A stretch of DNA of 64,000 nt, taken from NCBI GenBank assembly GCA_046594885.1, contig JBKJRD010000014.1:9901-73900 (forward strand), given 5' to 3'. This DNA comes from Methylotenera sp. Its GTDB lineage: Bacteria; Pseudomonadota; Gammaproteobacteria; Burkholderiales; Methylophilaceae. Under the pieces are notes generated by a model that searched no databases, had not been told where the DNA came from, and was given only the letters and a program-made list of their open reading frames with translations. Both the position numbers and the translations under genes were made by a program. Shown here piece after piece: positions 43,177 to 52,959 of the stretch; position 1 is the first letter of the stretch, and each line of letters starts with the position of its first letter.

Positions 43177-44337
43177 TTAGCGCTCGTTAGAATAGCCAAT
43201 CAGCCCTAAAAAACCGCGTACCAAAGCATATACAAACCATGAAATACAGCGTTTTGTTAAGCTGCTTTTGGTCCACTCATCTGCCGATACCTGATACGCA
43301 TTGTTGCGGATAGATGCAATTATTTCTGTGCGCAATTCACTCGCAAACGCGCTATCTTGGACCACAATATTGGCTTCACGCGCCAACATCATACTAAACG
43401 GATCAATGTTAGATGAACCGACAGTTGCCCAGTAACTGTCAATGACCGCTACTTTGCAATGCATAAAACTTTGACGATACTCGAATATTTCAATATTATT
43501 TTTAAGAAAAACACTGTAAAAAGCATGCGTCGCAAACATTAAAAAATATTCCATGCGGCCTTGTAACAGTAACTCAATTTTAACGCCACGTTTGGCGGCT
43601 TTAATGAGCGCTTGTCTAAAACGTCTGCCTGGAATAAAGTAGGCGTTAGCGATTATAATTTCAAACTTTGCCGCATGAATCGCAGTGAGATAAGCTTTCT
43701 CTATATCCCGTCTATGCAGCAGATTATCGCGTAATACAAAAGCCGCTTTAACGCCTTTTTTGATGCTTTTTTGGGTGTTAAGTAGGCTTTTGCTTTTCCC
43801 AACATTTGGGCTTTTTAAATGCGTAATCGCTATTCTGCGCCATAATTTTTGCGCACTTTCTGTCATGCTGGGCACTAAAGCGCCTTCAACTTTCACCGCG
43901 TAATCAAGCCTTGGCGGCATATTGTTCGGAACATTATTGTCATCAATAATATTAATGCCGCCCACAAAGCCGATTTGATTATCAATCACCGCAATTTTAC
44001 GATGCAAACGGCGTAAGCGATTTTTTTTGAGTGTCCAAGGCGAAACCTTAGGCCGATAAAACATGATTTGCACGCCTGCTTGTTTAAGCGCTTTTACAAA
44101 ATCTCTGGGCATATTTTTACAGCCAAAACCATCTAGCAATACGCGCACAATAACGCCACGTTGCGCCGCGGCTTTTAACGCATCGGCAATTTGAATACCG
44201 GCCGCATCTGACTCAAATATATAACTTTGTAAATAAACGCTTTGCTTGGCCTGTGTTATGGCTTTAGCCAGCGCAGGAAAAAACGCTGTGCCATTGCGCA
44301 GGAGCTCAATATGGTTGCCAGCAACAAAGTTAATCAT
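43177..44337 (-). CDS. clsB: Cardiolipin synthase B
   Basis: Motifs LHRKIAVIDNQIGFVGGINI and MHCKVAVID, GSSNIDPFS; downstream of a ybhP-like gene as in E. coli. Confidence 0.9.
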   Translation of the reverse strand: MINFVAGNHIELLRNGTAFFPALAKAITQAKQSVYLQSYIFESDAAGIQIADALKAAAQRGVIVRVLLDGFGCKNMPRDFVKALKQAGVQIMFYRPKVSPWTLKKNRLRRLHRKIAVIDNQIGFVGGINIIDDNNVPNNMPPRLDYAVKVEGALVPSMTESAQKLWRRIAITHLKSPNVGKSKSLLNTQKSIKKGVKAAFVLRDNLLHRRDIEKAYLTAIHAAKFEIIIANAYFIPGRRFRQALIKAAKRGVKIELLLQGRMEYFLMFATHAFYSVFLKNNIEIFEYRQSFMHCKVAVIDSYWATVGSSNIDPFSMMLAREANIVVQDSAFASELRTEIIASIRNNAYQVSADEWTKSSLTKRCISWFVYALVRGFLGLIGYSNER

Positions 44338-44346
44338 AAAAGAGTG

Positions 44347-45099
44347 TTAAGTTTTGAGTAACGAAGTGGTTAATATGGCATGATCAGACACTTTTACAAA
44401 GCGTGAGCCAGCATGTACTTGTACGTGCTTAATCTGAAAGCCGCGCACGTAGATGCGATCTAAGCGTAACATAGGCAACCACGAAGGAAATGAGCGTGCC
44501 GATTTGCCAGCATGTTGCTCGAACACTTCTTTAAGATGTAAGCGCGCTGCAAAAATGCGGCCTGCACGTGAGCTCCAATCATTAAAATCGCCAGCGATAA
44601 TCAAAGGCGCATCTGCTGCAATATGCTGTTCAATATAATCTGCCACGGCATTGAGCTGTTGTTGCCGCCACTGTGCAAATAAACCTAAATGGATGCAAAC
44701 AGCGTGTAAAGGCACATCCCAATCGGGTATTTGGATTTCGCAATGCAACATGCCGCGCTTTTCTGATTTGTGCGCAGAGATATCCAAATTGGTGGTCTTG
44801 ATTATCGGAAACTTTGACAGTAAAGCGTTACCATGATGGCCATCAGGATAGGCTGAGTTTTTGCCGTAAGCAAACTCTGACCAAATACTATCTGCTAAAA
44901 ACTCCACCTGGCCCGAAACAGGCCATGCGGAAAAACGCTTGCTATGCAATAAATGCTCATCTTGTACTTCTTGTAGAAAAATCACGTCGGCATGTAAATG
45001 CCGTAATAAATCGCGTTGCTTATGCAGTGAAAAATGGGCGTTAAAGTGACTAAAACCTTTGTGTATGTTGAAGGTGGCAATGCGTAGGGTGTTTGACAA
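44347..45099 (-). CDS. Endonuclease/exonuclease/phosphatase family protein, YbhP-like
   Basis: Motifs TFNIHKG, FLQEVQ, HHGNALLS, AGDFNDW, LDRIY and SDHA. Confidence 0.9.
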   Translation of the reverse strand: MSNTLRIATFNIHKGFSHFNAHFSLHKQRDLLRHLHADVIFLQEVQDEHLLHSKRFSAWPVSGQVEFLADSIWSEFAYGKNSAYPDGHHGNALLSKFPIIKTTNLDISAHKSEKRGMLHCEIQIPDWDVPLHAVCIHLGLFAQWRQQQLNAVADYIEQHIAADAPLIIAGDFNDWSSRAGRIFAARLHLKEVFEQHAGKSARSFPSWLPMLRLDRIYVRGFQIKHVQVHAGSRFVKVSDHAILTTSLLKT

Positions 45100-45191
45100 A
45101 TTGAGCTCATTTATTTAGATAGTTTAAATCGCTTGTTTCTAGGATGCTAACTATATGATAGCAATAATGCGGCAAACAATTATAGGCATTA

Positions 45192-45261
45192 ATTGTATGA
45201 TTTTAAGGGTTAAGTCTGTGTACGATAGCGCACAGCGCACAACGGATTATAAAGCTAAAGT
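45192..45261. promoter_or_regulatory. Candidate bidirectional Crp/Fnr-family site D between ybhP-clsB and the regulator gene
   Basis: TGTACG-ATAG-CGCACA (45219-45234). TAAAGT lies 21 nt downstream on + (45256-45261) and TACAAT 21 nt downstream on - (45197-45192). Confidence 0.75.
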
Positions 45262-45385
45262 GTGTCAACTGATGTTAATCCATTTTACAGACGTAGGACA
45301 ATGATGACATCACAATCCGCTAGTTCCTGATAAAAAATCACGACCTCAAAACGCATCATGGAATCCTCAAGAAAAGGGGAATGAT

Positions 45386-46213
45386 ATGGGCATCGTAGCG
45401 CAACAATTCAAACACAAAGCGGCTTCACCTCAGTACAACCAATTAACGGCAAATATGCACGAATATTTGCCGCATTTCAATCACCCTATGATTGAAATGC
45501 CGAATTCTTTACGTCATCAAAATCATTTATTAGCAGCCATGTCAGAACAAGAATGGCAGCAATTGCAACCTGATTTAGAAGCAGTAGATCTGAAGCTCAA
45601 TCAGGTGCTGTATGAATCAGGCAAAGCACCAACTTATATGTACTTTCCTACTACGGCCATGGTTTCATTATTGTATGTGACCCAAAGTGGCGCTTCGTCT
45701 GAAGTGGCGGTGGTGGGTAACGATGGTGTTGTGGGCGTTTCATTATTGCTAACTGGCAGCCAAACACCCAACCAAGCTTTGGTGCAAAGTGCTGGCAAAG
45801 GCTACAGAATACGTGCCCAAGCTGCAAGAAATGCACTTAATCGCGGTGGTGCAATGCTCAATATTTTATTGCATTCATCGCAAGCGATGATCACGCAAAT
45901 GACACAAAATGCGGTTTGCAATCGCCACCATTCTATTGATCAACAATTAAGTCGTCGCTTATTGCTGAGTTTGGATCGCTTGCCTTCTAACCAAATCGCC
46001 ATGACGCATGAAATGCTGTCTTTTATGTTGGGTGTCAGGCGCGAAAGCATTACAGATTCTGCCCTCAAACTGCAAGAGGCGGGCATCATCAGTTACAAAC
46101 GTGGCCAAATTACCGTGCTTAATCGTGAAGGTTTAGAGGCGCGCAGCTGTGAGTGTTACGCAATTGTGAAAAATGAACAGCAACGTTTACAAAAAATGTT
46201 ATTTAATGCTTGA
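45386..46213 (+). CDS. Crp/Fnr family transcriptional regulator
   Basis: cNMP-like beta-barrel (YFPTTAMVSLL, EVAVVGNDG); HTH MTHEMLSFMLGVRRESIT; C-terminal CECY. Confidence 0.93.
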   Translation: MGIVAQQFKHKAASPQYNQLTANMHEYLPHFNHPMIEMPNSLRHQNHLLAAMSEQEWQQLQPDLEAVDLKLNQVLYESGKAPTYMYFPTTAMVSLLYVTQSGASSEVAVVGNDGVVGVSLLLTGSQTPNQALVQSAGKGYRIRAQAARNALNRGGAMLNILLHSSQAMITQMTQNAVCNRHHSIDQQLSRRLLLSLDRLPSNQIAMTHEMLSFMLGVRRESITDSALKLQEAGIISYKRGQITVLNREGLEARSCECYAIVKNEQQRLQKMLFNA

Positions 46214-46339
46214 TGACTGAGTTTAGCGAGTGATGGGCTTATTAAGGCAGGCAATGATACGTTAAGCCATTATTTGCAATAGAAATGCCTAATAAATACA
46301 GTATGATGGCGTTTTTAAACATCAAATAAAGCATTAAAC

Positions 46340-47359
46340 ATGGCGATTTTAATCACAGGCGGCGCAGGTTATATTGGTTCACATACCTGCGTGCAAATGC
46401 TGGCGGCAGGGCAAGAAATTGTGGTGCTGGATAATTTATCCAACAGCTCAGCAGAGTCGCTTAAACGCGTTACGCAAATTTCTGGCAAAAAATTCCCGTT
46501 TATTCAAGCCGATATTCGCGATAAAACCGCCCTGCGCGAAATTTTTAAAGGTCATGCAATTAGCGCAGTCATTCACTTTGCAGGGCTTAAAGCGGTAGGT
46601 GAATCCGCCGAAAAACCGCAACTATATTACGATAATAACGTGGTTGGCAGCCTTAATTTGTTTGAGGTGATGGCCGAACTTAACGCTAAAAACATTGTGT
46701 TTAGCTCATCAGCCACCGTGTATGGCGATCCACAATCAGTGCCCATTAAAGAAGATTTTCCACTTAGCGCGACGAATCCTTATGGTCGTAGCAAGCTGAT
46801 GATTGAAGATATTTTGCGCGATTTGCACAAAGCCGACAACACTTGGCGCATCGCTTTGCTGCGCTACTTTAACCCAATTGGCGCGCATGATAGCGGCCTG
46901 ATTGGCGAAGACCCCAATGGCATTCCTAATAATTTATTGCCTTATGTGGCGCAAGTAGCCGTGGGCCGTTTGGCCAAATTGCGCATATTTGGTAACGATT
47001 ATGCAACGCATGACGGCACAGGCGTACGTGACTATATTCATGTGATGGATTTGGCAGATGGCCATGTGGCTGCCCTGGATTATTTGTCAAAAAATCAAGC
47101 TATGATGACGGTTAACTTAGGCACTGGCATTGGTTACAGTGTGCTAGACGTGGTACAAGCCTTTGCAAAAACCAGCACAAAAAATATACCGTATGAAATA
47201 TTACCCAGACGTATGGGCGATGTGGCCATTAACTATGCCGATGCAACAGTGGCTAAAACACTGTTAGGCTGGCAGGCAACCCGTAATTTAGACGATATGT
47301 GCCGCGATACTTGGCACTGGCAATCTAGCAACCCGAATGGGTTTGCAAAAAAAGTTTAG
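46340..47359 (+). CDS. galE: UDP-glucose 4-epimerase
   Basis: Motifs GGAGYIGSH, HFAGLKAVGES, YGRSK, LRYFNP and DGTGVRDYIHV. Confidence 0.97.
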   Translation: MAILITGGAGYIGSHTCVQMLAAGQEIVVLDNLSNSSAESLKRVTQISGKKFPFIQADIRDKTALREIFKGHAISAVIHFAGLKAVGESAEKPQLYYDNNVVGSLNLFEVMAELNAKNIVFSSSATVYGDPQSVPIKEDFPLSATNPYGRSKLMIEDILRDLHKADNTWRIALLRYFNPIGAHDSGLIGEDPNGIPNNLLPYVAQVAVGRLAKLRIFGNDYATHDGTGVRDYIHVMDLADGHVAALDYLSKNQAMMTVNLGTGIGYSVLDVVQAFAKTSTKNIPYEILPRRMGDVAINYADATVAKTLLGWQATRNLDDMCRDTWHWQSSNPNGFAKKV

Positions 47360-47574
47360 TTGGCGCTGCAATGCAAAATGCTAATTTGCAAATTGCGGTG
47401 CTCCACATTTAAACGCATAATGTCATCTATAGTTGTGGTGCCCACGCCAATGCTATGTAAACAGTCATCATCCAATGCCTGCGTATCGCGATAGGCGTAC
47501 GCATGTTCATCTAATGTATATGTGTTTTGGTCATGTTCTTCGCGCAATTCACGCAATCGATTCAATAATTTCAT
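47356..47574 (-). CDS. Small acidic hypothetical protein
   Basis: 72-aa ORF convergent with galE; no recognisable motif. Confidence 0.4.
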   Translation of the reverse strand: MKLLNRLRELREEHDQNTYTLDEHAYAYRDTQALDDDCLHSIGVGTTTIDDIMRLNVEHRNLQISILHCSAN

Positions 47575-47735
47575 TTTTAAATGCCTTAAACCATTATTTA
47601 AAAATGCATTATCGTTTTTGAATATGACAACTTGATTGTATTAATATGTCAATTTAATGCAATTGATAGTTAATTAAATAAGCTAAAATAGACGGCAGTC
47701 ATCAGGCTAATAGGCTCAATTTACAAGGATATAGC

Positions 47736-47924
47736 ATGTCGGAAACAGAAAAACATTCAGCGCCAGCAGGCAACAGCATGTTGCTAAAACTAGAGCAATT
47801 AGTGGCTCATAGTTGTGCCTGTAAATTGCGTGAACATTGCCCTGATAAAACCAGCCCAGATTGCCTAAAACACCGCAATTTATATGCAGAAGCGATGCAG
47901 ACGCACAACCATATTAATGGTTAA
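47736..47924 (+). CDS. Small Cys/His-rich hypothetical protein
   Basis: AAGGA ribosome-binding site; HSCACKLREHC...DCLKH. Confidence 0.5.
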   Translation: MSETEKHSAPAGNSMLLKLEQLVAHSCACKLREHCPDKTSPDCLKHRNLYAEAMQTHNHING

Positions 47925-47957
47925 TACAGTCTAATTTTAATCGATTCAGCTATTGCG

Positions 47958-48527
47958 TTAAAACAAAAGAGATTGTACGTTTGGCTGCTTGTTAGCAACT
48001 TTGCACTGCACACTATCACCCAACTGTAATTCGCCACCCACTAACACTTTTGCATTCACGCCGCCGTGTCCACGCATCGCGTTATAAGCGCCATTGCCTA
48101 AAGCAGTTTCCATTTTGCTGCAAGGTTCGCACGGGCCAGTGATTTCTAATACCACCTCGCCAATACACAATTGCATAGGCTGGTCTCTAAACAAAGCTTT
48201 AGCAGCCAATAAATTGATGTTTGATACCACCAAATTACGCCTTAACCAAGCGGCATCTATTGGTTTGTTTAAAAAGGCCGCAATCACCGCAATATGCTCA
48301 GCTTGTATCAACGTCACTTGCCTATTCGAACCAAATGGATTGCGTGATTGCGATTTGAGCACCCTGTCGCCAATTAAGCCTTGACCAGCGATGGCTATCG
48401 CGCTATTAGCTTGCACACATGCAACGCCGCGCGCAGGGCGCAAATAAATGGCATCTAACTGGCCATTTTGAGCGAATTGCGCTATAAGCGTGCGCAAGTC
48501 TGAATTTGTTGCTGGTATTGTGGTCAT
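47958..48527 (-). CDS. MOSC domain-containing protein
   Basis: Motifs RQVTLIQAEH, LRRNLVV, ITGPCEPC and GHGGVNA; start placed at MTTIP. Confidence 0.9.
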   Translation of the reverse strand: MTTIPATNSDLRTLIAQFAQNGQLDAIYLRPARGVACVQANSAIAIAGQGLIGDRVLKSQSRNPFGSNRQVTLIQAEHIAVIAAFLNKPIDAAWLRRNLVVSNINLLAAKALFRDQPMQLCIGEVVLEITGPCEPCSKMETALGNGAYNAMRGHGGVNAKVLVGGELQLGDSVQCKVANKQPNVQSLLF

Positions 48528-48557
48528 GATGCATGCTATTTTACAGAGGAAAAAGCC

Positions 48558-48722
48558 ATGCAACTTAACCATTCAAATCAAACAGAAAAAAATGTACAGC
48601 TCAGCGCTATTGAAAACCAATTAAAAATCATTAATCAAAATCTGCTTAAGGTATTTTGGATAGTCGGTTTTTTTGCCTGTTTATATTTTGGCTTGATGAT
48701 TTATTTCATGTTTTTGCGTTAA
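48558..48722 (+). CDS. 54-aa single-TM small protein, not in the ORF track
   Basis: GAGG ribosome-binding site; translated by hand: MQLNHSNQTEKNVQLSAIENQLKIINQNLLKVFWIVGFFACLYFGLMIYFMFLR*. Confidence 0.55.
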   Translation: MQLNHSNQTEKNVQLSAIENQLKIINQNLLKVFWIVGFFACLYFGLMIYFMFLR

Positions 48723-48778
48723 TTCAAGCTACACTTTTACCTATTGGTCATATCAAACATCATTTTTTGGTTTAACAC

Positions 48779-50185
48779 TTGCTACCATCCATCACTTATT
48801 TAGATCTTGAAACCACAGGCGCCACGCCGCTACGTGACCGTATTACCGAAATTGCTTTGGTGCGTTTCGATAATGGTATTGAGACTGCACGCTGGCAAAC
48901 TTTAGTCAATCCAGAGCAGCCGATTCCTGCATTCATTCAACAACTTACTGCTATTAACAATCAGATGGTCGCCACCGCACCACTTTTTAAAGAGGTGGCC
49001 GATACCTTATTAAGTTTTTTAGAAGGCAGCGTTTTAGCAGCACACAATGTGCGCTTTGATCATGGTTTTATTAAGGCCGAGTTTAAACGCATTGGCATTA
49101 CGCTGCGCCAAAAAGTGATTTGCACGGTTAAGCTTTCGCGATTGCTTTATCCACAGCACAAAAGCCACGGTTTAGATGCGATTATGCAGCGCCACAATCT
49201 CACCACCATCGCGCGCCATCGCGCTATGGGCGACGTAGAAGTGATGCTGGGATTTATAGAGTCGGCGCAATTAGAGTTAGGCGATGCTGCCATTAAAAAT
49301 GCGGCTGCAAAATTGATGAGCGCGCCCAGTTTGCCATCGCATTTAGATGCCAATATATTAGACGACATGCCTGAAACGCCTGGCGTTTATTTGTTCTATG
49401 GCGAAAACGAATTGCCACTGTATATTGGCAAAAGTGTCAATATTCGCGCCCGCGTACTCAGCCATTTTAGTAGTGACCACGCCAGCACCAAAGAAATGCG
49501 TATTTCGCAAGAGATTAAGCGCGTGGAATGGATGACTACCGCAGGCGATTTCAGCGCATTATTATTAGAATCAAAGCTAGTGAAAGCACGCCAACCCATC
49601 TATAACCGCCAATTACGTCATGAGCGGCAACTATGCAGCTGGAAACTTAACCCTCATTTTCAAGCAAAAAACTTATTAGAATTAGTACGCGAAAGCGATA
49701 TCAACCCAATGGAGTTAGGCCAATTATTTGGTACCTTTAAAAGCAAGTACCAAGCAGTAGAGAGTTTACGCAGTATTGCCGAAGCGCATCAACTGTGTCC
49801 GCGTTATTTAGGCTTAGAAGCCGCAGGTAGTGGCGCTTGTTTTTCTAGCCAAATCAAACGCTGCAAAGGCGTATGTTGTGGCAAAGAAGCACCTGAAATA
49901 CATTATTTGCGCCTGCAACAAGCCTTAATTGCGCACCGCTTAAAAAATTGGCCGTATGCTGGCAAAATTGGTATTCGCGAACACAGCAGCGAAAACGACC
50001 AAACGCAGTTGCATATATTTGAATATTGGACCTATTTAGGCATGGTTGAAAATGAAGCCGACTTAACTGAAAAACTACAAGAAAATACTGCATTTAAGTT
50101 TGATTTGGATACCTACAAACTGCTTTTAAAAGCGTTTAACAACCCCAAAACACAAGTAATTCAGTTTGCTAATGTAGTCAATTAA
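48779..50185 (+). CDS. DEDDh 3'-5' exonuclease (DnaQ-like) fused to a GIY-YIG (UvrC/Cho-like) nuclease
   Basis: Exonuclease motifs DLETTG, HNVRFD and HRAMGD; nuclease motif PGVYLF...LYIGKSVNIRARV. Confidence 0.9.
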   Translation: MLPSITYLDLETTGATPLRDRITEIALVRFDNGIETARWQTLVNPEQPIPAFIQQLTAINNQMVATAPLFKEVADTLLSFLEGSVLAAHNVRFDHGFIKAEFKRIGITLRQKVICTVKLSRLLYPQHKSHGLDAIMQRHNLTTIARHRAMGDVEVMLGFIESAQLELGDAAIKNAAAKLMSAPSLPSHLDANILDDMPETPGVYLFYGENELPLYIGKSVNIRARVLSHFSSDHASTKEMRISQEIKRVEWMTTAGDFSALLLESKLVKARQPIYNRQLRHERQLCSWKLNPHFQAKNLLELVRESDINPMELGQLFGTFKSKYQAVESLRSIAEAHQLCPRYLGLEAAGSGACFSSQIKRCKGVCCGKEAPEIHYLRLQQALIAHRLKNWPYAGKIGIREHSSENDQTQLHIFEYWTYLGMVENEADLTEKLQENTAFKFDLDTYKLLLKAFNNPKTQVIQFANVVN

Positions 50186-50238
50186 TTTTAGATTAGATGT
50201 AAGCTTTTGCCTAAAGGCTGGCAGGCAGGCAGTGTACA

Positions 50239-52086
50239 ATGTATGCCATGACAGCCTCTCACGCGCAGCAGCGCCTGCAACAAATATTCGGTTACTCTAC
50301 ATTTCGCGGTGAGCAGCAGGCCATTATTGAGCATGTAACGGCAGGCGGAGATGCGTTGGTGTTAATGCCAACCGGCGGCGGAAAATCGTTGTGTTATCAA
50401 TTGCCTGCCTTGCTGCGCGATGGCGTCACCATTGTGGTTTCACCATTGATTGCGCTGATGCAAAACCAAGTAGAAGCCTTGCAGCAACTGGGTGTAAAGG
50501 CAGCATTTTTAAATTCTAGCCAAGAAGCGCAACAAGCGCGTGAAGTGACATCACTATTACTTCAAGGCGAGTTGGATATTCTGTATGTTGCGCCAGAGCG
50601 CCTGTTATTAAGCGGATTTTTAGCACAACTTGAACAGATTGAAATGCACACAGGTATTGCGCTATTTGCTATTGATGAGGCGCATTGCGTATCCGAATGG
50701 GGTCATGATTTTCGGCCAGAATATCGCAAGTTGACGGTTTTGCATGAGCAGTTTCCCGGTGTGCCGCGCATTGCGCTAACCGCTACCGCAGATGCGCCAA
50801 CGCGCGCCGAAATTGTAGAGCGTTTATCGCTAGAAAATGCGCGCCAGTTTGTGGCGAGTTTTGACAGGCCCAATATTCGCTATCGCGTCACCCATAAATT
50901 AAAAGCGCGTGAGCAATTAGAAGCGTTTTTAGCAGAAGAACACGCCAATGATGCGGGTATTGTATATTGCTTATCACGCAAAAAAGTAGAAGAAACCGCC
51001 AGTTGGCTTAAACAACGTGGTTGGGATGCGCTGCCTTATCATGCTGGTTTAGATGCCAACATTCGTAGCCAAAACCAGCGCCGATTTTTGCGCGAAGAGG
51101 GCGTGATAATTGTCGCGACCATTGCGTTTGGCATGGGTATCGACAAGCCTAACGTTAGATTCGTCGCGCATTTAGATTTACCCAAAAGTATGGAAAGTTA
51201 TTACCAAGAAACCGGTCGCGCAGGACGTGACGGCTTGCCAGCCAACGCTTGGATGACTTTTGGATTGGGCGATGTCGTGAGTATGCGCCAAATGTTAGAT
51301 AGCGGCGATGCGCCAGAAGCACGCAAGCAAGTTGAGCGACAAAAGTTGGATGCGCTGCTGGGATTTTGCGAATCGACCGCTTGCCGCCACCAAACCTTAC
51401 TGCGCTATTTTGGCGAGCAGCATGCAGGCAATTGCAGCCAGTGCGATAACTGCCTAAATCCAGTGGATACTTGGGATGCGACGCAAGCCGCGCAAATGGC
51501 AATGTCTGCGGTGTACCGCACGGGGCAGCGTTTTGGCGTGGTACATCTAATGGATGTGTTGATGGGTAAAACCAATGCAAAAATTGCACAGTTTAATCAC
51601 CAGCAGCTAAGCGTATTTGGTGTTGGTAAAAGTATGACAGGCACGCAGTGGAGCAGCATTTTTAGGCAGCTAGTGGCCGCTGGCTATTTAGAAGCCGATC
51701 TTCAAGCCTATGGCGGATTAAAATTGACAGAAGCCGCGCGTCCCATCTTAAAAGGCTTAGCCCAAGTGTGGTTAAGGCGCGATGTTGAAGCAGCAGGAAA
51801 AGCAAAAGCTAGCTTAAGCAAAGCGCAGCGTAGCTCAAACGCCAAAGCCGCTTATGATGGGCTCAGTGACGACCCACTATGGCAGGCGCTTAAAGCCAAA
51901 CGCTTAAATCTAGCGCGCGAGCAAGGCGTGCCGCCTTATGTGATTTTTCATGATAGTACACTGCTGGAAATCTTAAATAATCGCCCGCAAAGTTTGACGC
52001 AAATGAGCCGCATCATGGGCGTTGGTCAAGCGAAATTAGACCGTTATGGCGATGATTTTTTGCAGGTATTAGAAGAGCATGTGTAA
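50239..52086 (+). CDS. recQ: DNA helicase RecQ
   Basis: Motifs [27 protein letters not shown] and [10 protein letters not shown]; RQC and HRDC domains. Confidence 0.98.
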   Translation: MYAMTASHAQQRLQQIFGYSTFRGEQQAIIEHVTAGGDALVLMPTGGGKSLCYQLPALLRDGVTIVVSPLIALMQNQVEALQQLGVKAAFLNSSQEAQQAREVTSLLLQGELDILYVAPERLLLSGFLAQLEQIEMHTGIALFAIDEAHCVSEWGHDFRPEYRKLTVLHEQFPGVPRIALTATADAPTRAEIVERLSLENARQFVASFDRPNIRYRVTHKLKAREQLEAFLAEEHANDAGIVYCLSRKKVEETASWLKQRGWDALPYHAGLDANIRSQNQRRFLREEGVIIVATIAFGMGIDKPNVRFVAHLDLPKSMESYYQETGRAGRDGLPANAWMTFGLGDVVSMRQMLDSGDAPEARKQVERQKLDALLGFCESTACRHQTLLRYFGEQHAGNCSQCDNCLNPVDTWDATQAAQMAMSAVYRTGQRFGVVHLMDVLMGKTNAKIAQFNHQQLSVFGVGKSMTGTQWSSIFRQLVAAGYLEADLQAYGGLKLTEAARPILKGLAQVWLRRDVEAAGKAKASLSKAQRSSNAKAAYDGLSDDPLWQALKAKRLNLAREQGVPPYVIFHDSTLLEILNNRPQSLTQMSRIMGVGQAKLDRYGDDFLQVLEEHV

Positions 52087-52153
52087 ATAGCAGTCATCAG
52101 CGCATTAACGCGTCAACATTAAGCGCTACTTAACACATCAATTGATGCAATAT

Positions 52154-52681
52154 TTACTGCGGGTTCACCGCGCCACAGATAGCGTTCAGCCATTTCCCGT
52201 TAATATCCGCTTGGCCGCTAACTGGTTGGTTGCCTTGTGCTACGCCATCAAATTGGGTTTGTCCTGAAAAACTTTCTGGGCTAGTAATGGTGCCATGCGC
52301 TGTTCCATTGCCAGTTAGCTCATTGCTGGCGCACGAAAAATCCAATTGGTAGTTATTGCCAGAGCGCGTGGCCTTACTTGCCGTGCAACCCAGTTGGTTT
52401 TGATCAAAAGCAGGGAAGCTGTTTTGATTGGCCATTTCTTGCGTGATGCAGGCGGTTGATATTGCCGCACCATTTTCAACTTGCGGTAACTCAAAACCAT
52501 ATTCATTGGCTAAATCTTTAATATTTTGCATTTGATCGGGCGGAATTTGACCCGCGAACCACAACAAATCAGAAGAGGTGGTTATTTCCCATAATCCAGG
52601 CCGCATATTGATATCCACCGCGTTAGCGCTCGTAGTTAACCATAAAAAACCAGCAAAAAAAGTGCGTAAAATTTTATGCAT
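52154..52681 (-). CDS. DUF3617 family exported protein
   Basis: Signal peptide; PGLWEIT; paired Cys; C-terminal GKWLNAICG. Confidence 0.8.
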   Translation of the reverse strand: MHKILRTFFAGFLWLTTSANAVDINMRPGLWEITTSSDLLWFAGQIPPDQMQNIKDLANEYGFELPQVENGAAISTACITQEMANQNSFPAFDQNQLGCTASKATRSGNNYQLDFSCASNELTGNGTAHGTITSPESFSGQTQFDGVAQGNQPVSGQADINGKWLNAICGAVNPQ

Positions 52682-52959
52682 GTAATCTCCAAAAAATTAA
52701 TCATAGCACTTTGAGCGTCAGTTGAATCAACTCAATTTTGGGCAAAGCACCTATTCGGATTGCAGTAATTGCTGGGTTAAGCTTTAAAGCTTAGCGCAAG
52801 CAACGCGCATTTTAAGCCAGCTTTGATTAAGCCGACCAGGCAATGACAAATAGCCGCCTTTTGCGCCAAGTGAGTGGGATAAAGTTATAATGACTATTTT
52901 GTGACAATCACTGCAACGCTGTGTTGTGGTGATTTAAACGCCAACAAGATTGCAATCAA

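Noticed and set aside
47630-47680. TTGAT-containing AT-rich stretch between the two small divergent ORFs as an FNR site
   Set aside because: The best match, TTGAT-TGTA-TTAAT, has a poor second half, and such matches are expected by chance in very AT-rich DNA.
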